Translations under genes and position numbers: made by a program
Assembly (NCBI RefSeq): GCF_006345805.1
Contig: NC_043000.1
Coordinates: 22,320,001-22,384,000 of the forward strand
Source: Octopus sinensis
Lineage: Eukaryota
DNA length: 64,000 nt
Direction of reading: 5' to 3'
Notes under the pieces: generated by a model
The model's database searches: none
Told to the model about the DNA's origin: nothing
The model's input: the letters and a program-made list of their open reading frames with translations, nothing else
In this document: one piece after another, positions 37,880 through 51,393 of the stretch
Position numbering within the stretch: position 1 is the first letter of the stretch
Layout of the letters: every line of letters starts with the position of its first letter

Positions 37880-38398
37880 TAAAACTGTGCTGATGACACA
37901 TAAAAGGCACCAACCAAACGTGGGTCAATGTCAGTACTACCTGACTGGCTCCTGTGCCATTGGCACATAAAAAGCACCATTCAAGCGTGGTCAATGCTTG
38001 ACCGGCTCCCATGCTGGAGGTATGTAAAAAGCACCATCCCAACATTGTTGATACCAGTACTGCCTGACTGGCTCCCATGCTGGAGGCATGTAAAAAGCAC
38101 CATTCGAGCATGATCAATGCCGGTACTGCCTGACTGGCTCCTGTGGCCGTGGCACATAAAAAGCACCATTCGACCATGATTGTTGCCAGTACCGCCTGAC
38201 TGGCTCCCGTGCCAATGGCATGTAAAAAGCACCCACTACACTCTCAGAGTGATTGGCATTAGGGAGGGCATCCAGTTGTAGAAACCTTGTCAAATCAGAT
38301 TGGAGCATGGTACAGCCTCCTGGCTTACCAGTCCCCAGTCAAACATTCCAATCCATGCCAGCATGGAAAGCAGATATTAAACAATGATGATGATGATG
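37880..38398 (+). mobile_element. SINE family C with tandem 66-bp array and (GAT)n tail
   Basis: aaaaagcacc recurs at 37969, 38026, 38092, 38158 and 38224, followed by the cactacactc..aagggcatccag..catgccagcatggaaagc..gatgatgat module. Confidence 0.85.
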
Positions 38399-38959
38399 TA
38401 TATTAATGTTAATTTGATAAGCTTTTAAGAGATCACTGATACACTAATGCAGTAAATTTGTCTAAAACAACACAGACTTCTCTACTCTGCAGCATCAAGT
38501 CAATGAACGACCCTTAATCACTTCCATGACAAGCACTATGTATTTGTCATGGAATTTTCTTGGCTTCCTGTTATCCTCTTTCAGGTATTCTGAGAGCCAC
38601 TGTCTAGTTGATTATAATCAATTCTCTGTCTGTGTGTATGTGTGAGAAAGAGAGAGGGGAGAGAGAGAGAGAGAGAGAGAAATGAAAGAAGAATCTAATA
38701 TTTGACTGAAAGATGAAAGGCACAGCTGACCCAGGTGGGATTTGAACTCAGAGCATAAAAATATTCTAATCTGATGCTCAGCTAACTATACTAACTGATT
38801 TTGGCACAAGGCCAGCAACTATGGGGGTTGGGGAAGTCGATTACATCAGATCCCCCCCCCCCCCCAGTTTTCAACTGGTACTTACTTTATTGACCTTGAA
38901 AGGATGAGAGACAAAGTTCACCGTAGCGAAATTTGAACTCAGGATATAAGAATGGACAA

Positions 38960-39161
38960 AATGTTACCCTTTTACTTGTTTCAGTCATTTGACTGCGGCC
39001 ATGCTGGAGCACTGCCTTTAGATGAACAAATCGACACCAGGACTTATTCTTTGGAAGCCTAGTACTTATTCTATCGGTCTCTTTCGCCAAACTGTTAAGT
39101 TATGGGGACGTAAACATACCAGCATCGGTTGTCAAGCGATGTTGGGGGGACACACAAACAA

Positions 39162-39196
<35 letters not shown>

Positions 39197-39360
39197 CCAC
39201 GGGCTTCTTTCAGTTTCCGTCTACCAAATCCTCTCACAAGGCTTTGGTTGGCCCGAGGCTATAGTAGAAGACACTTGCCCAAGGTGCCACGCAGTGGGAC
39301 TGAACCCAGAACCATGTGGTTGGTAAGCAAGCTACTTACCACACAGCCACTCCTACGCCT
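38960..39360 (-). mobile_element. SINE family A copy
   Basis: Reverse complement matches 26418-26890. Confidence 0.85.
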
Positions 39361-39589
39361 ATAATGTCCACTTTGCCTTGCTTGCATGGGTCAAATGGAA
39401 TTTGCTGAGGCAGATTTTTCTATGGTCAGCTGTAATTCCTGTTGGCAACTCTCACTTGTGTCCAGCCAAGGTTAGATTTCCCCATGACTGGATATGTTTA
39501 CAAGAAATATTGGAAACAAATGACTTGGCTTGTATAACAGGGATACTTGTTTACAACTATCATGTGATGTCAAGAAGAGACAGTACAAA

Positions 39590-40900
39590 CACACATAAAA
39601 CTATTTATACATACATAAATCTATTTATACATACATATCTACACACATATATCAATCTATTTATACATATCTACACACACCTATAAATCTATTTATACAC
39701 ACATATCTACATACACATACAAATCTATGTATACATATCTACACATACATATCAATCTATTTATACATACATATCTACACACACATATAAATCTATGTAT
39801 ACATATCTTCACACACACATAAATCTAAATTATACATACATACATATCGACACACACCTATAAATCTATTTATACATACATATCTACACACACATAAATC
39901 TATTCATACATGCATACCTACACACATATATAAATCTATTTATACATATCTACAAACATATAAATCTATTTATGCATACATATCAACACACATATATAAA
40001 TCTATTTATACAAACATTTCTACACACATCATCATCATCACTTAACGTCCGCTTTCCATGCTGGCATTGGTTGGACGATTTGACTGCAGGCTGGCAAGCC
40101 AGAAGGCTGCACCAGGCTCCAATCTGATCTGGTAAGGTTTCTACAGCTGGATACTCTTCCTAATGCCAACCACTCCGAGAGTGTAGTGGATGCTTTTTAC
40201 ATGCTACTGGCACGAGGGCCAGTCAGGTGGTACTGGCAACAATCATGCTCGAATGGTGCTTTTTACGCGCAACCAGCATGGGACCAGTCACTACACACAC
40301 ACACACACACACATAAATCTATTTATACATATATACTTACACACATATATAAATCTATTTATACATACATACTTACACACATATAAATCTATTTATACAT
40401 ATCTACAAACATATAAATCTATTTATGCATACATATCAACACACATATATAAATCTATTTATACAAACATTTCTACACACATCATCATCATCACTTAACG
40501 TCCGCTTTCCATGCTGGCATTGGTTGGACGATTTGACTGCAGGCTGGCAAGCCAGAAGGCTGCACCAGGCTCCAATCTGATCTGGTAAGGTTTCTACAGC
40601 TGGATACTCTTCCTAATGCCAACCACTCCGAGAGTGTAGTGGATGCTTTTTACATGCTACTGGCACGAGGGCCAGTCAGGTGGTACTGGCAACAATCATG
40701 CTCGAATGGTGCTTTTTACGCGCAACCAGCATGGGACCAGTCACTACACACACACACACACACACATAAATCTATTTATACATATATACTTACACACATA
40801 TATAAATCTATTTATACATACATACTTACACACATATATAAATCTATTTATACATACATATCTACAAACATACATAAATCTATTTATACATACATATCTA
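39590..40900. repeat. Minisatellite (ataaatctatttatacatacatatctacacac-like unit) containing a 453-bp tandem duplication
   Basis: Unit repeated more than 15 times; 39931-40383 is duplicated at 40384-40836, including a family C SINE. Confidence 0.9.
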
Positions 40901-42299
40901 CACACATATATATACACATACACATTCATATGAACACACACACATACACACAAACAATATATACATATGTGCACATACATATCTGCACACACACACACAC
41001 ACACTCACCCGACAAGCTTCTTTGAATTTCCATCTATCAAATTGACTTGTAAGGCTATCATTGGCTCAGGACTATAGCAGAAGATGTTTGTCCTAGATGC
41101 TATGCAGTAGGACTGAACCTGTAACCACACATGACTAAAGAACTAAATTTTTAAACCACAAAGCCATGCCTGTACCACGTAAGACAAATAAGACATCAGA
41201 TTCATATACAAAGGTAACAACAAAATGTTTTTATCTGAGCAAATTCTTTCCAGCCTACTCATGTAACAACAGCAGGTATATTTCATACCTGATATTCAAG
41301 AAATTGATAAAATTACAACAGAAATTGTTTCCATTCTAATAACTAAATATCCTACAGAGATTTTATAATCCAATATCAACAAAGTTCTTGGTTAAAGATG
41401 TTCTGTTGCTGTTCAAACAAAATCAGAATATTTTTCTCACTAAAGCCAGCCATCAATCTTTGGTATCCAGTTGCTAATTTTACAAACAGACCATCAGGAA
41501 AATAAATGTTACCACATTTTTCTTCTTTTTTCTCCCAATTGCAGTTATACATTCTGGTTTCCTGCCAACTACATCACCCTGCCTACAACAGCCAAACCCT
41601 GATGGGTCTATGAAAAGAACACCCACTGCAAATGCCAATATATTTACCTTTTGCTTTGCTTCTCACTCTGCTCATAACTTCCTTCTCTCTCTCTCTCCAT
41701 AGATATAGCTTCAGTTACGAAAGCACAACAAATCTGCCAATTTCTCAACAGAAACCAAGTGACTATTCACAATGGCATTCCAGCCATCACCTTTAAACAC
41801 TTCTTAGTTGGCTCTCATGTTCACCCAATTATTTAACCTCTCATTTCTAGCCCAAAATATGGAAACACATAACTGTGAACTCCACTATAAAGAGACGTAG
41901 GCTTATCACTCGATTACATACTAATTGCTTTCAATGTTTATCATATTTAAGGTAATGGAAGATATAAATAACGGTTACATCTTATTGAGTCTTTATGTTA
42001 CTTCATACATCATCAGTATGGCTGTGTGGTTAAGAAGTTTTCTTCATAACTACATGGTCTCAGGTTCAATTTCACAACACCTTGGGCTAGTATCTTCTGC
42101 CACATCCATTAGGCAGCCAAAGCTGTGTGAATGAAATTTAGTAGATAGAAACTATGTAGAAGCCCTGTTGAACGATTTCTGTTTTGGGGTGGTAGACTTA
42201 ATCCATTGCTTAGTTTAATATGAACAATTGGCCATTTGTTGGCTTTAGTGGAGTCCACTGTGCTGTAAGCATCTGGGTCAGCTCTCCAGTCATTGGGAT

Positions 42300-42640
42300 T
42301 ATAATAATAATAATAATGAAATTATTGTATTAATTATTGTATGAAATTATTGCACCACAACTTGTCGAAAGTGCGTATAAAGCATATGCAGTAATGTACA
42401 AATGTCTGGAAAGTGAACAGTGTACGAGTCAGATACATGCTTGCATGTATATGGAGGGGAGAAAATCAGGTGTAGTGTTGGCGAATCTCAGGAAGCATGG
42501 AAGTTTTGTAGGATGCAGTGCTCCAACAATTAACAACTGATGCTGGCAGTTTGTTCCATGCTTCAGCAACTCTTAGCGTGAAAAAATGTTTCCGAAAGTC
42601 ATGGGAGCTGTGCTGTTTTCTGACTTTGTAAACATGTCCA
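42300..42640 (-). mobile_element. 3' end of CR1/L2-clade LINE with (TTA)n tail, copy 3
   Basis: Same sequence as copies 1 and 2; encodes HDFRKHFFTLRVAEAWNKLPASV. Confidence 0.8.
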
Positions 42641-42862
42641 TGGATGTTAGACTGATGGAGTTTGAAAAGGTGCTCAGAGTTATAAAATGGTTTGTAAGTT
42701 TGTAAGATGGTTAATCATTTTCATGTTCACCCTCCAAACTTAAAGGCCCTGAAAAAGCCATCAGCAGCTGAGACTAGTAAATATAAAATCAGTTCCTTAA
42801 ACATTGATTCCATCTTTGATTGAATTTGTTAAAAACATATTCCTTAATTCCTTACTCAGAAG

Positions 42863-43640
42863 TAGTTAGTTAGTTAGTTAGTTAATTTGGCTCAAAAGCA
42901 AATAGCAAGGCCATGTAGGGGGACATGGAGTTAAGTACAGGGTGGTGTTCATGTAAAGAGTTCAGGCCACTTGAGGTCCAGGGAGGCTTTGAACAAAGCG
43001 GTCGTCGGCATCTTCACCATCTCGCAACCCGGATGGAGAAAGCTCCTCTCCTTCGATTGAGATGAAATCGTCGCAGGTAGAGCTTTTCGGAATGACCCCG
43101 CAGCCGACGCTCCGGAGCAGGAGTGAAGAACAGCTCTTTCGAGAGGTTACACTTCCCGCTTATGATGTTGTGGGCGAGAATGAGATCACCACGGCGGTGG
43201 CGTTTTTCAAGAGAATAAAGGTCGAGCGTCCTCAGCCTTTCTTCGTAGGACAAATTTTTGAGACCATGAACCATGCGGGTAGCCAGCCTCTGGACTCTTT
43301 CGAGATGCTGTATGTCTTTGAGGAGATAAGGAGAAGAGGCTTGAATCCCATACTCCAATATGGGTCTCACCAGCGTGACAGAGTGGCAGGAATATGGCTG
43401 CTGTGAGCATTCCGAATGACCGTCGAATCAAAAACAGAATTCCGCGTGCTTTGTTGGCAGCATGGACGCACTGGGCCGAAGGCGAAAAGGAGGAATCCAC
43501 CAAGATACCCAGGTCCTTTACCTGATCGGTCCTCTCCAGCAGCAGACGACCCGGCTCGAAATCAAGTTGAGTTGCAGGAGTAGAGCCGACAGGCAGATGA
43601 CAGCACTTTGCTATTATGTAGACCAACAGCCCCCTCACTG
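42863..43640 (-). mobile_element. 5'-truncated CR1-clade LINE (RT C-terminus) with (AACT)n tail
   Basis: ORFs 43207-43638 and 43014-43370 give VKDLGILVDSSFSPSAQC and RPILEYGIQASSPYLLKDIQHLERVQRLATRM..LSYEERLRTLDLYSLEKR.RGDLI; tail at 42863-42885. Confidence 0.9.
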
Positions 43641-43837
43641 TGTCAATGGAACCCTTTCTGATTCAAACCTTAATAACTTTTGTTTTTGTTTTTATTTAGC
43701 CCCAGGTCATCCTGCTAAAGCAGACCTTTAATCATAAGGTGATGTTCCCATATGACAATCCTAGTGTCTGTGTTTTTTATTTTATTTCCAGACAGTATAC
43801 CTAAGATGTAGTCTTCCTTTTATAAAGACACTACAGA

Positions 43838-43971
<134 letters not shown>

Positions 43972-44149
43972 GGACTAATTCTTCCAGGTTGAGGCCCCTC
44001 TGGTTAGCTCAATAAATAAAAGTGTTCCTGAAAGGAGTCATTGTAGTATTTTTCTTCTTTGTCAATCTCTCACCTACCCTCAACCTTAATGAAATGACCC
44101 ACCCCTATCTTATACCCTATTCAACTTCTAATTGTAAACATGATTATCC

Positions 44150-44348
44150 CTTTTACTCTTTTATTTGTTTCAGTCATTTGACTGTGGCCATGCTGGAGCA
44201 CTGCCTTTAGTCGAGCAAATTGACCCCAGGACTTATTCTTTGTAAGCCTAGTACTTATTCTATCAGTCTCTTTTGCTGAACCGCTAAGTTACGGAGATGT
44301 AAACACACCAGCATCGGTTGTCAAGCGATGTTGGGGGGACAAACACAG

Positions 44349-44418
<70 letters not shown>

Positions 44419-44580
44419 CGACGGGCTTCTTTCAGTTTCCGTCTAACAAATCCACTCACAAGGCTTTGGTCGGCCCGAGGCTAGAGTAGAAAACACTTGC
44501 CCAAGGTGCCACACAGTGGGACTGAACCTGGAACCATGTGGTTCGTAAGCAAGCTAATTACCACACAGCCACTCCTATGC
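44150..44580 (-). mobile_element. SINE family A copy
   Basis: Reverse complement matches 26418-26890. Confidence 0.85.
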
Positions 44581-45003
44581 CTATTACCATATTTTTTTGA
44601 AACACACTATCTTTGTTTTAATTAATTTTGAACATTATGAAAAACTTTTTTTAAATTATGAAGCTGGTATTTGCAACATAAGTTGACATGAAATTTTGAT
44701 GGAAGGTCTTAATTTAGATCCCATTAAGAAAATGATGTATCACAGAACCAGAAGTGGTCTCAAGGGGTTGGTATTAAAAAGGTTAAAACATTGTATAAAA
44801 GAGTCTCACCATTTTAGGCCAAAACCCAGACATATGTATCTCTAAACAATCAACTTTTATAATCAAACAACAGCTAACAAGTAACTTGCAGCCCTAAACC
44901 ATCATAAAATAACTTGTAGGTAATAGTAGGAACAATAATATATGGATATTTCGTTTTGGGATTTGGTTTGCAAGATTCTTTATATGAGTTCGTGTGTTGA
45001 AGC

Positions 45004-45261
45004 ATATTCTGTTGTTTCTGAGGAGAGTCATTTTCTTTCTGTGCCTTATAATTTAACACATTCACCGGTAAAATTTCCACTTTTTTCTTATTTTTATTTT
45101 CCTAAAAATTTTCGTTGACTCTAAACTATTGAAAAGGTTGCAAGACGCAACAAAAATTTTTAGGAAAATAAAAATAAGAAAAAAGTGGAAATTTTACCGG
45201 TGAATGTGTTAAATTATAAGGCACAAAAAGAAAATGACTCTCCCCAGACACAACAGAATAT
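45004..45261. repeat. Long inverted repeat (114-bp arms, 30-nt spacer)
   Basis: 45004-45117 is the reverse complement of 45148-45261 with only a few mismatches. Confidence 0.9.
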
Positions 45262-46691
45262 CTGGATAATTCCATCAATAAAATTGAGTTTCCCTTTAAG
45301 CTAACAAAATGCTTCAGCTGTGTCTAGTTGAAAACCATCTACAACATCTGCTCAAGAAACAAAATCTTGTTCACAAACCTTGAATAGCCCACATTTGTCA
45401 TGAAAAATAGCTTTAACGAAAAATTCCTGATAGGTACAGCTTAAAAGCTAAACTACTTTCTATCTTCCTCAAGTGTTATTACAATGGAATCTCAAGTAAA
45501 TCTGCTAAACTCATCTCTTCTCAATACCCAAGGTACTTTTGCTTCCTAGACCTGTACTAAGCATTTTTCCCCCAAACATTCCTCCTCAGATTTGCAATTA
45601 CCTGGAACTACTTCCTTCACTAAAGTCTTCCAATTCCATAACCAACAACAATTCCTTATTTAACCTCAGAAAGGTTGTTCTCATAATTCAATTTCTATTT
45701 ATTTTCTAAGAAAGGAAGGAAGGAAAAAAAAAAACCTCATGAAGGACACATCCTGTCCCACCACACCAGCATGTAAAAATGGATGTTAAGATGACGATGA
45801 TGAATTTACTTCTCGGATTCAGTAGACAGTTCTTCAAAGGGATTATAAGATTTTGTCTACTTGATGTCCAAATAGGACTCTTGGTATGAATATAAGACGC
45901 TGGCAAGAATAAAATAGTTATGTCATCTTTGAATTGATTAAATTATATATCATCATCATTCAATGTCCATGTTCCTCACTGGATGGTTTGGCATGATCTG
46001 ATGGGCCCAAGACCTGCATCAGGTTCCAGTGTCTGCTTCAGCATGTTTCTACCAATGGATGCTCTTATTTCTTTATTACCCACAAGGGGCTAAACAGAGA
46101 GGGGACAAACAAGGACAGACAAAGGGATTAAGTCGATTACATCAACCCCAGTGCATGACTGGTACTTATTTAATTGACCTCGAAAGGCAAAGTTGACCTT
46201 GGCGGAATTTGAACTCAGAACGTAGCGGCAGACGAAATACCGCTAAGCATTTCGCCCGGCGTGCTAACGTTTCTGCCAGCTCACCGCCTTAACACCAACC
46301 ACTTGCTCTTCCTAACACCAACCACGTGGCAGTGTGTACTGCAGCTTGCAGGACTATGAAACTTGAAAGTGTGGTCTTTGTGCTAGGAGATGTGATGTGA
46401 TTGCTAAAGGGTTAACGTTAATTTATATTCTAAACATCTGCTTAATAATGACAGTTATTTTAATGAATTTTTCCTTATTTTTAAAATTAACTGAAACCAA
46501 AGCAGTCCACATATTTCAACTGAAATTTGGTAACAAAAGGGTCAAATTATGGAACAATGATGAGTATTAGAAAATAATTTCATCAGCTGACACTTCAGAA
46601 CTGCGAAAGGAAAAGCTATCAAAGTCCAAATCTGGTTGAGAAGATCACTGACAGATTCTACTTTGATATTCCATTTATTTAATCCCTATAT

Positions 46692-47239
46692 TCGCCCTTT
46701 GGTGAATATATCAGGCCATCGTTCGTACAGTACTTCTCTATGGCTGTGAAATGTGGCCAATGCGGGTGATCGATCAACGAAGGCTGGAAGTCTTCGATAA
46801 TGATTGCCTCCGGTGCATTCTTCGCTGCTGTCGGGTGGATCGAGTTCCCACCGCCAATCTCCGACTTCGCCTGTCTCTACGGACCCTTCCATCTGTCCTT
46901 CTGCAACGGTGCTTGCAGTGGTTTGGCCATGCATGTAGGCGTCCAGTGGATGAACTGAGCCGTGATGTCCTTCTCCCAACTCCACTTCCCAACTGGCAAA
47001 AACGTGCGGGCGGGCAGCTAAAGACCTGGGTTATGACGATCAAGGAGGACCTCTCCGTGCTCACGAGTCCGCAGGTGGTCGGCCTGTGCCGATGGAACTG
47101 TGACTGGCTCGCTATCTCCAGTGAACTGGTGCAGGACCATCGTGTGTGGGCTGCCATGGTTCGAGATGCCTTGAGGGTGGTAGAAGAAGCTGACTCAACC
47201 CGCCCAGGGTGATTGTCGGCACAAGTACAAGTAAGTAAG
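46692..47239 (+). mobile_element. 5'-truncated RTE-clade LINE with target-site duplication
   Basis: LYGCEMWP...LEVFDNDCLRCILR...LQWFGHACRRP...KRAGGQLKTW motifs, (GTAA)n tail, flanking direct repeat taatccctatat at 46680-46691 and 47240-47251. Confidence 0.9.
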
Positions 47240-47700
47240 TAATCCCTATATCAGAAGATTCAAAATTAAGAATTGAAAGGAATATGGAGTGTCATAAAGT
47301 ATGGGCAAGAAGTAGTTTTCTTAATGATACTTTACTGGTTTCAGTCATAGGATTGTGCTAGTACTGGCAATCTGCCTTCAAAAGTTAGTTAAACATCCTG
47401 CCCCTAACCCCACCCCCATTTATTTTGCTGAATTGTTAGGTTACACTTCAATATAAAGGGACATGACACAGGTCAACATAAGCACACGTGTACACCTCAC
47501 ATTATCATTGTTTTGAATGTTTACTTCTCCATGCTTGTATGAATCAGATGAAAGTATGCTTCGGCAGGGTTTTCTGTTGCTGGGTACCCTTCCTGTCACC
47601 AACCCTTACTTGTTTTCAAGTGAAGTAATAATCTTTCAGTCTGTTGAACAACAAAAAGTCTAGACATGTTTATGTGCAGTCCTGGAAACACAACACCATA

Positions 47701-47737
<37 letters not shown>

Positions 47738-47741
<4 letters not shown>

Positions 47742-48705
47742 GTATCATAGCCCATCTCATTAGGGAGAGAGTCTGCTTAGATGAGATGCAGTTCGGTTTT
47801 GTGCTGGGTAGAAGCACCACTGATGCAATATTCCTGGTTCGACAACTGCAGGAGAAAAACCTAGCTAAAGATAAACCCCTCTACATAGCTTTCGTGGACT
47901 TAGAGAAAGCCTTTGACAGGGTCCCCCGATCTCTTAACTGGTGGGTGATGTGGAAACTGGGGATTGACGAATGGTTAATAAGAGCTGTACAGGCCCTATA
48001 CAGAGAGACCGTTAGTAAGGTTAGGATTGGCAATAAGTATAGTGAAGAATTCCAGGCAGAATTAGGGGTCCACTAAGGTTCAGTCCTCAGTCCCTTTTTA
48101 TTCATCATAGTACTCCAGGCAATAACAGAGGAATTCAAGACGGATTGCCCCTGGGAGCTGCTCTATGCTGATGACCTGGCCCTCATAGCAGAATCACTAC
48201 CAGAACTAGAGAAAAAATTTCAGGTGTGGAAGCAAGGTTTAGAATCAAAAGGCCTTAGAGTCAATGTAGCAAAGACCAAAGCTCTAGTAAGTAGGAAGGC
48301 GAACACATCACACACCCTGTCAGGTAGGTGGCCCTGCTTGATCTGTGGAAATGGTGTAGGTAGAAACTCCATAAGATGTACCCAGTGTAAGCTATGGACA
48401 CATAAGAGGTGCAGCAACATCAAAGGAAGGTTAACCGGGAAGATAGCTTTCATGTGTAGCAGATGCACAGGGGCAATAAACACCACAGATGCTCAGAAAA
48501 CAGATTCCATCACACTCCAGGGGAAGAAACTAGAAGTAGTTGATAGCTTCCGCTACCTAGGTGACCAAGTTAGTAGTGGGGCATGGATGCTCAGAGAGTG
48601 TTACTACTAGAATAAGAATAGTCTGGGCAAAGTTTAGAAAGCTTCTACCCCTACTGCTGACAAAGGGCCTCTCGCTCAGAGTGAAAGGTAGATAGTACAA
48701 TGCAT
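47738..48705 (+). mobile_element. Degenerate RTE-clade reverse transcriptase fragment with inserted PHD-type finger
   Basis: QFGF...STTDAIFLVRQLQEK, FVDLEKAFDRVP, GVH*GSVLSP, LLYADDLA, GLRVNVAKTK, then a Cys4-His-Cys3 block, then VDSFRYLG; contains in-frame stops. Confidence 0.9.
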
Positions 48706-49297
48706 GCTATGCAGATAATACACCATTCATTTAGCCATAATCTCTTACAAATAAACACCTTAGACATCTCACACCATACCGTTATGAAGAGAAATCCTAA
48801 AAACATCTTTTAAATATATCATGACCTTCATTATCACAAGGACTGAATCACTACATACAATGTTCATCTAAAAATTTTAAAACCAGCTGCAGAAGTTTGG
48901 CCTCACAATCTGATCCCTCATGGCAGTCACATATTCTTGCTTTGCAAAAACTGCATCTCAAGCCTTCCTCTTCAACACCTGATAATGCTTCTTTATTACT
49001 TTAGCTGCTCATTGCTCACTCTCGACAAAACTCAAGAGTGACCTTGCTACTCTTACACATACACACACGTCTGGCCATGGAGAAAGAAACATTATCTTAC
49101 ATGGAAACAGGTGAGGGCTGGAAACAGAAAGAGAAACTGAGCGTAGAAAGTCTACCTTAACCAAGTCTATCTGACCCATGGAAGCAATGAAAAATAGATG
49201 TTAAAACAATGGCTATAACCTTGGAGCCCTAGTAATCTGTTACAGCACTTACCTAGTGTAGCTAATCATTTAGATCACCTGTGAACTAAACCCCCCT

Positions 49298-49332
<35 letters not shown>

Positions 49333-50474
49333 TCACACATATATATACACACGCACACACACATATATATGCCAGTGCTGTTGTTGCTGCTATGCACACA
49401 TCCTAGATTGTATATCAAAGAAAATCATCTGAGTATTTGGCAAAGATTCATTCACTAACATACTATAGCCAGTGACCTATATAAATGCACTATTTCTTGC
49501 ACTGTAATGGTCTTCGCTTGCCTGAAAGAGCTGTATATGTGAACTACCTATCCCTCACCATTTCTGTGTCTCACCCATTGCCCAATATTAAACATTTCGC
49601 TAAATCCTATCTCTCTAGAACTGTTATCCCTCAAAATGTCCCCTGCTAAAATTTTCTATACAGAATTTTAGTCTAAACAACCCCACTGACTTAACAAGTC
49701 TAGAAGAACTTTCAAAGTTCACAGGAGCAGTCCCTTGTTCTTCAAGTAAGTATTAGCATTTAAGAAAGAACACTTGATTCTCTTGTATTTCAGTATATCT
49801 GGAAACTAGAAATAATTATCGTAGAACCTTAGAATGTTACCTGAAGCCTATCCAGAATATGGTTAGGCCCTTTAAATATTAGGAACCTGCTTAACATTAC
49901 CACCAACACAGGTGTCAGTTATGTGACACTGACATCAGCCATGACTATGATTTCACTCGGCTTGATGGGTCTTCTACTCAAGCACAGCATATTGCTAAAG
50001 GTCTCGGTCACTTGTCATTGCCTCCATGCAGCCTAAAGATGCTTCACTACCTCATCCCATGTCTTTCTGGGTCTACCTCTTCCACAGCTTCCCTTCACAT
50101 TTAGTGATGGGCACTTCTTTACACAGCTGTCCTCATCCATATGCATCACATGACCATACCAGCACAGTTGTCTCTCTTGCACACCACGTGATGCCTCTTA
50201 TGCCTAACCCTTCTCTCAAGACACTTACGCTGTGTTGTATATGCACACTGACATTGCACATCCAAACTTATAGAAAAGGCATTGGGGGTTAATTCATTTA
50301 ATAAAACCCTTCAAGGTAGTGCTCCAGCATGGTTGCAGTCCGATGACTGAAAGAAGTTGGAAAAAAACAAAAAAGGCTTCTTTACAATTTCTGTCAACTA
50401 AATACCACCCACAAGGCCAATGAAGTTGACCATCATCCCTATATTGAACATTAAACAAAACAGTTTGATAGTCT

Positions 50475-50845
50475 AGGCATAGCTGTGTGGTAAGTAGCTT
50501 GCTTACGAACCACATGGTTCCGAGTCCAGTCCCACTGCATGGCACCTTGGGCAAGTGTCTTCTACTATAGCCTCGGGCCGACCAAAGCCTTGTGAGTGGA
50601 TTTGGTTTACAGAAACTGAAAGAAGCCCGTCGTATATGTGTATATGTGTCTGTGTTTGTCCCCCCAACATCGCTTGACAACCGACGCTGGTGTGTTTACG
50701 TCCACATAACTTAGCGGTTCGGCAAAAGTAATCGATAGAATAAGTGCTAGGCTTCCAAAGAATAAGTCCTGGGGTCGATTTGTTCGACTAAAGGCGGTGC
50801 TCCAGCATGGCCGCAGTCAAATGACTGAAAAGAGTAAAAGAGAAC
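50475..50845 (+). mobile_element. SINE family A copy
   Basis: Matches 26418-26890. Confidence 0.85.
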
Positions 50846-51007
50846 AAGCATAAACTTTGAAAAGAGAGATTAAGTTTTAGATATAAGGATAAAATAGCGT
50901 TCAGTTTACTCTGCGAAAAGTAAAGCTTATTCATTCGTATTGCTTTGAATTAATCATGCATTATCTCATAGCTTTCAAAAGTTTGATGATGCGATTATTT
51001 ATGTAGA

Positions 51008-51393
51008 ACTAGCAGTATCGCCCGGCGTTGCTCGGGTTTGTAAGGGAAATAACTATAAAGCATTTTTAGAGAGTTATAACCAAAAAATGCATTAAAAATG
51101 GAAAAAAAAATGATGGTAAATTTTTTTTAAATCGTTGACTCATCGTAGACATTTTTAAAGAGTTACTTCCCTTATATAATAGCGAAAAAAATGCATTAAA
51201 ATGGAAAAAAATGATGGTAAATTTTTTTTAAATCGTAGACTCATCGTAGACGCGCGCTAATACCCAGAAGGGCTCGATATGAATCACGACTATAAGATAC
51301 CCGCTTTTGGTTACACTGCATCGCAAAATGTGGGAGTAGTTAGGAATCTAAATCGTAGGAGAGACACACAACTTCACTTTTATATATAAAGAT
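51008..51393 (+). mobile_element. Helitron/Helentron-type non-autonomous element, copy 1
   Basis: Starts actagcagtatcgcccggcgttgctcggg (subterminal hairpin cccggc..gctcggg) and ends cttcacttttatatataaagat; no TSD; nearly identical to 51670-52016. Family assignment rests on resemblance to HINE/DINE-type ends. Confidence 0.6.

Noticed and set aside
37880-38235. CRISPR-like appearance of the regularly spaced AAAAAGCACC repeats (also 58270-58550, 6030-6340)
   Set aside because: The whole 66-bp unit is repeated (the apparent spacers are homologous to each other), the array is embedded in a SINE, and there are no cas genes in this eukaryotic DNA.
41150-41900. Possible host exons (tctcccaattgcag| acceptor at about 41541)
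   Set aside because: The translation NPDGSMKRTPTANANIFTFCFASHS resembles decayed CR1/Jockey ORF2; the similar A/C-rich decay at 45300-45700 and 48700-49700 is likely old LINE.
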